Source: Asterias rubens (lineage: Eukaryota). Taken from it: a DNA stretch of 64,000 nt. How positions within the stretch are numbered: position 1 is the first letter of the stretch; every line of letters starts with the position of its first letter. Shown in pieces: positions 61,680 to 64,000 of this stretch. The stretch covers positions 5,580,001 to 5,644,000 of the forward strand of contig NC_047082.1 in the NCBI RefSeq assembly GCF_902459465.1, given 5' to 3'. The notes below the pieces were generated by a model. The model searched no databases. It was not told the DNA's origin and saw nothing but the letters and a program-made list of their open reading frames with translations. A program made the position numbers and the translations under genes.

Positions 61680-64000
61680 CATATTGCACGCAGAGGAGTA
61701 AAAGATTTGCATCGATTCTAACATCCTTCGAACCAACAGTTGGAATTTTGAAGATGATGATGACATGAGTTTTGTTGTCTCGTGTCCAACAACTAGAGCC
61801 CCAATCAATCCATCACATTTTCGAATACAAGCTGCAAGATTTGACACAAGACCCTTCTGGAACTGCCGTTGACTTTGTAACAAAGTGGAAATCAATGCAG
61901 CCCAGTGCAAATTCCGTGATGACAAGGAAATTCAAGACAGGGTTGTGGATCAACTCATATGGGGTTCTGCCCATAAAAATGTACAGAAAAAGTATGTATT
62001 CAAAGAAAACCCTGTCATTAAATGATGCTATTGATCTTGCCTGAGGCAACTGCGAATTAGCTCAAATCCCTGCAGGAGAATGCTCAGATTCCCCAGAGTG
62101 CTACACCAGAAGTGAGTGTAAATGAAATTAAACCAAAAACAGTCAGGCAGGAGTCTGTACAGAAAAAATGCTACAACTGTGGTTATAGTGCATCCAATTT
62201 AACCAAAGACCAACTGCCCCGCTTGATAAATGGTTCCACACGCAACAAATGTGGAAAAGACAACCATTGGAAAACCATTGGAAATCCAGATCGGGGAAAC
62301 GGCAGCAACAAAACCCTCGCTCCAAATCTCCTCGCAGACGTGTGCACTGTGTCTATGAGGATGAGGATTGAACTTCTCACTATCGGCACCATTAACAGCA
62401 GTAGGCTCAACTACGTCACTTGAGCAGAAGTCTTCGCATCACTAAACATAATGCAAACTTAGGGCAGACGACCAATCAAGCTCCGTTGTAAGGTGTCACA
62501 GGAGCAAAGAGAAACATGTATACTACCGGTCCACCTTTTTCGCATAATCTTCCCAGAGAAGTTGGAAAGTGAAGGAAATCCGAAACCGGAATGTCTGAAG
62601 CAAAAAAACATGGCCCTGACCGCATACGGTGGATCCACGCTTACAGCTGGGCACAGTTAAGATTCCAGTGCATACAAAGACTTGGTACTGCATTTTTCAT
62701 GTCACAGATGCAGCAGGCCCCGCAATTATTGGTTTGCAAGCTTGTCAAGCGTTGAATCTGCTCAAACTACACTGCTCAGTGGAAACGAAACCGGTAACTG
62801 GGGCTGCGATTCCTGCGAATACACCCAACCCGCCAGACACCAGAGCAGACTGCTACATTGTATAGGACAATCCACAATCCATTTTGTAGACCAACCAACA
62901 CAGTCTGCCACAATGATCACCAGTGCTTCGCCACTCGAAAAGAGACCAGCAATCCACAGCAAGGCCGATATCCTTGAAATGTATCCTGATTGTTTTGATG
63001 AAGCTGTTGGATGTTTTGAGAATTTCAAGTGTCACATCAACATTGATCCTAATGCGAAGCCAGTGATACACGCACCGCATCAAGTCCCCTTTAGAACTCA
63101 CAGCAGGACTTGAGGTGGAACTGAAAGAAATGGAAAACAGATTGATCATATTAAAACCAAAGTTTCAAAGCCTACAAACTGGGTCAACTACCTAGTCATA
63201 GGAGAGAAACTTGGGAGATAACGCCAATGCCTTGATCCATGAGGACCTCAATGAAGCTATACCGTGCAATCATTATCCAGTGCCCACACTTGAAGAGATA
63301 ACCCCAAAGCTTTCTGGTGCAACAATGTTCAGTAAGCTGGATGCACGGAATGGATACTGGAATGTCCAGTTAGATGAAGAGTCAACATACCTTACGACCT
63401 TCAAAACACTGTTTGGCCGGTACAGATTCCTACGCATGCCATTCGGCCTCCACATGAGTCAAGATGTTTTCCAACAGGATATTTATAAAACAAACCGTGA
63501 CTATGCAGGCACTGTTGAAATTGCAGATAATATTTAAGTTTATGGCACTATGTGAACGTGACCATACTGCATACGCATCCAAAACGCTATGGAACGCACA
63601 AGAAAATGGGCCTTAAAATTTACTTGCAAACAAGTGTGTCATCAAAACGACTGAAATTTTTGGGTAACTGTACACACCTGAAGGAGTGAAGCCCAACCCA
63701 GCCAAGGTGAAAGCGCTTACAGTAATGCACCATCAAGGCACAAGGAAGGAACTCTGCATACCTTGGTCTGGTAAATTAGGGTCCCTTCGTCCCCCACCTG
63801 GCCGACCATACAGGGTCACTGAGAGGACTCCTTGGAGAAGCAATGATAACAGCTGGTCCCCGTCGCACGCGAAAGTCTTCAACACTATGATATCGCTAAT
63901 CGCAGCTCAGACTACCTGGCCTACTATGACCAAGTGATACTTAAAGTCGACGCTTCGACCAAAGGGCAAGGCGCAATGCTCGTGCAGAATGGCCATCCAA
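61680..64000 (+). mobile_element. Decayed Gypsy/Ty3 LTR retrotransposon (gag, protease, RT, start of RNase H), running off the window
   Basis: CYNCG knuckle remnant, DLNEAIPCNHYPVPTLEEITPKLSGATMFSKLDARNGYW, TTFKTLFGRYRFLRMPFGL, IADNI and KVDASTKGQGAMLVQNGHP, with many stops and frameshifts. No LTR was identified. Confidence 0.92.

Overview
AT-rich, repeat-dense animal genomic DNA with spliceosomal introns and three N gaps. It is probably a marine invertebrate deuterostome such as a sea star (inference from repeat types and protein similarity, not proven). Four protein-coding genes can be built by hand from GT-AG, phase-consistent exons. (1) The last three exons of a class I cyclic-nucleotide phosphodiesterase (+, 981-2651). 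(2) BSDC1 (-, 10576-22177, first exon probably near 24.1 kb). (3) A gene joining a PRDM10/15-type zinc knuckle and PR/SET domain to a complete PLAG-family seven-zinc-finger protein ending LPRFHQAFQ (+, 35949-45638). This is the most interesting item, because vertebrate PLAG1/PLAGL1/PLAGL2 have no PR domain. (4) The first coding exon of a secreted laminin-G protein (+, 55556-55848). The rest is decayed retroelements (CR1, L2/CR1-type, RTE, DIRS-like, Gypsy), several TTAA-flanked Kolobok-like MITE families, tRNA-derived SINEs and minisatellites. A second notable pattern is that TA dinucleotides inside fossil elements are repeatedly expanded to TACATGTA, resembling Tc1/mariner excision footprints. 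All family assignments rest on motif recall, with no database search.
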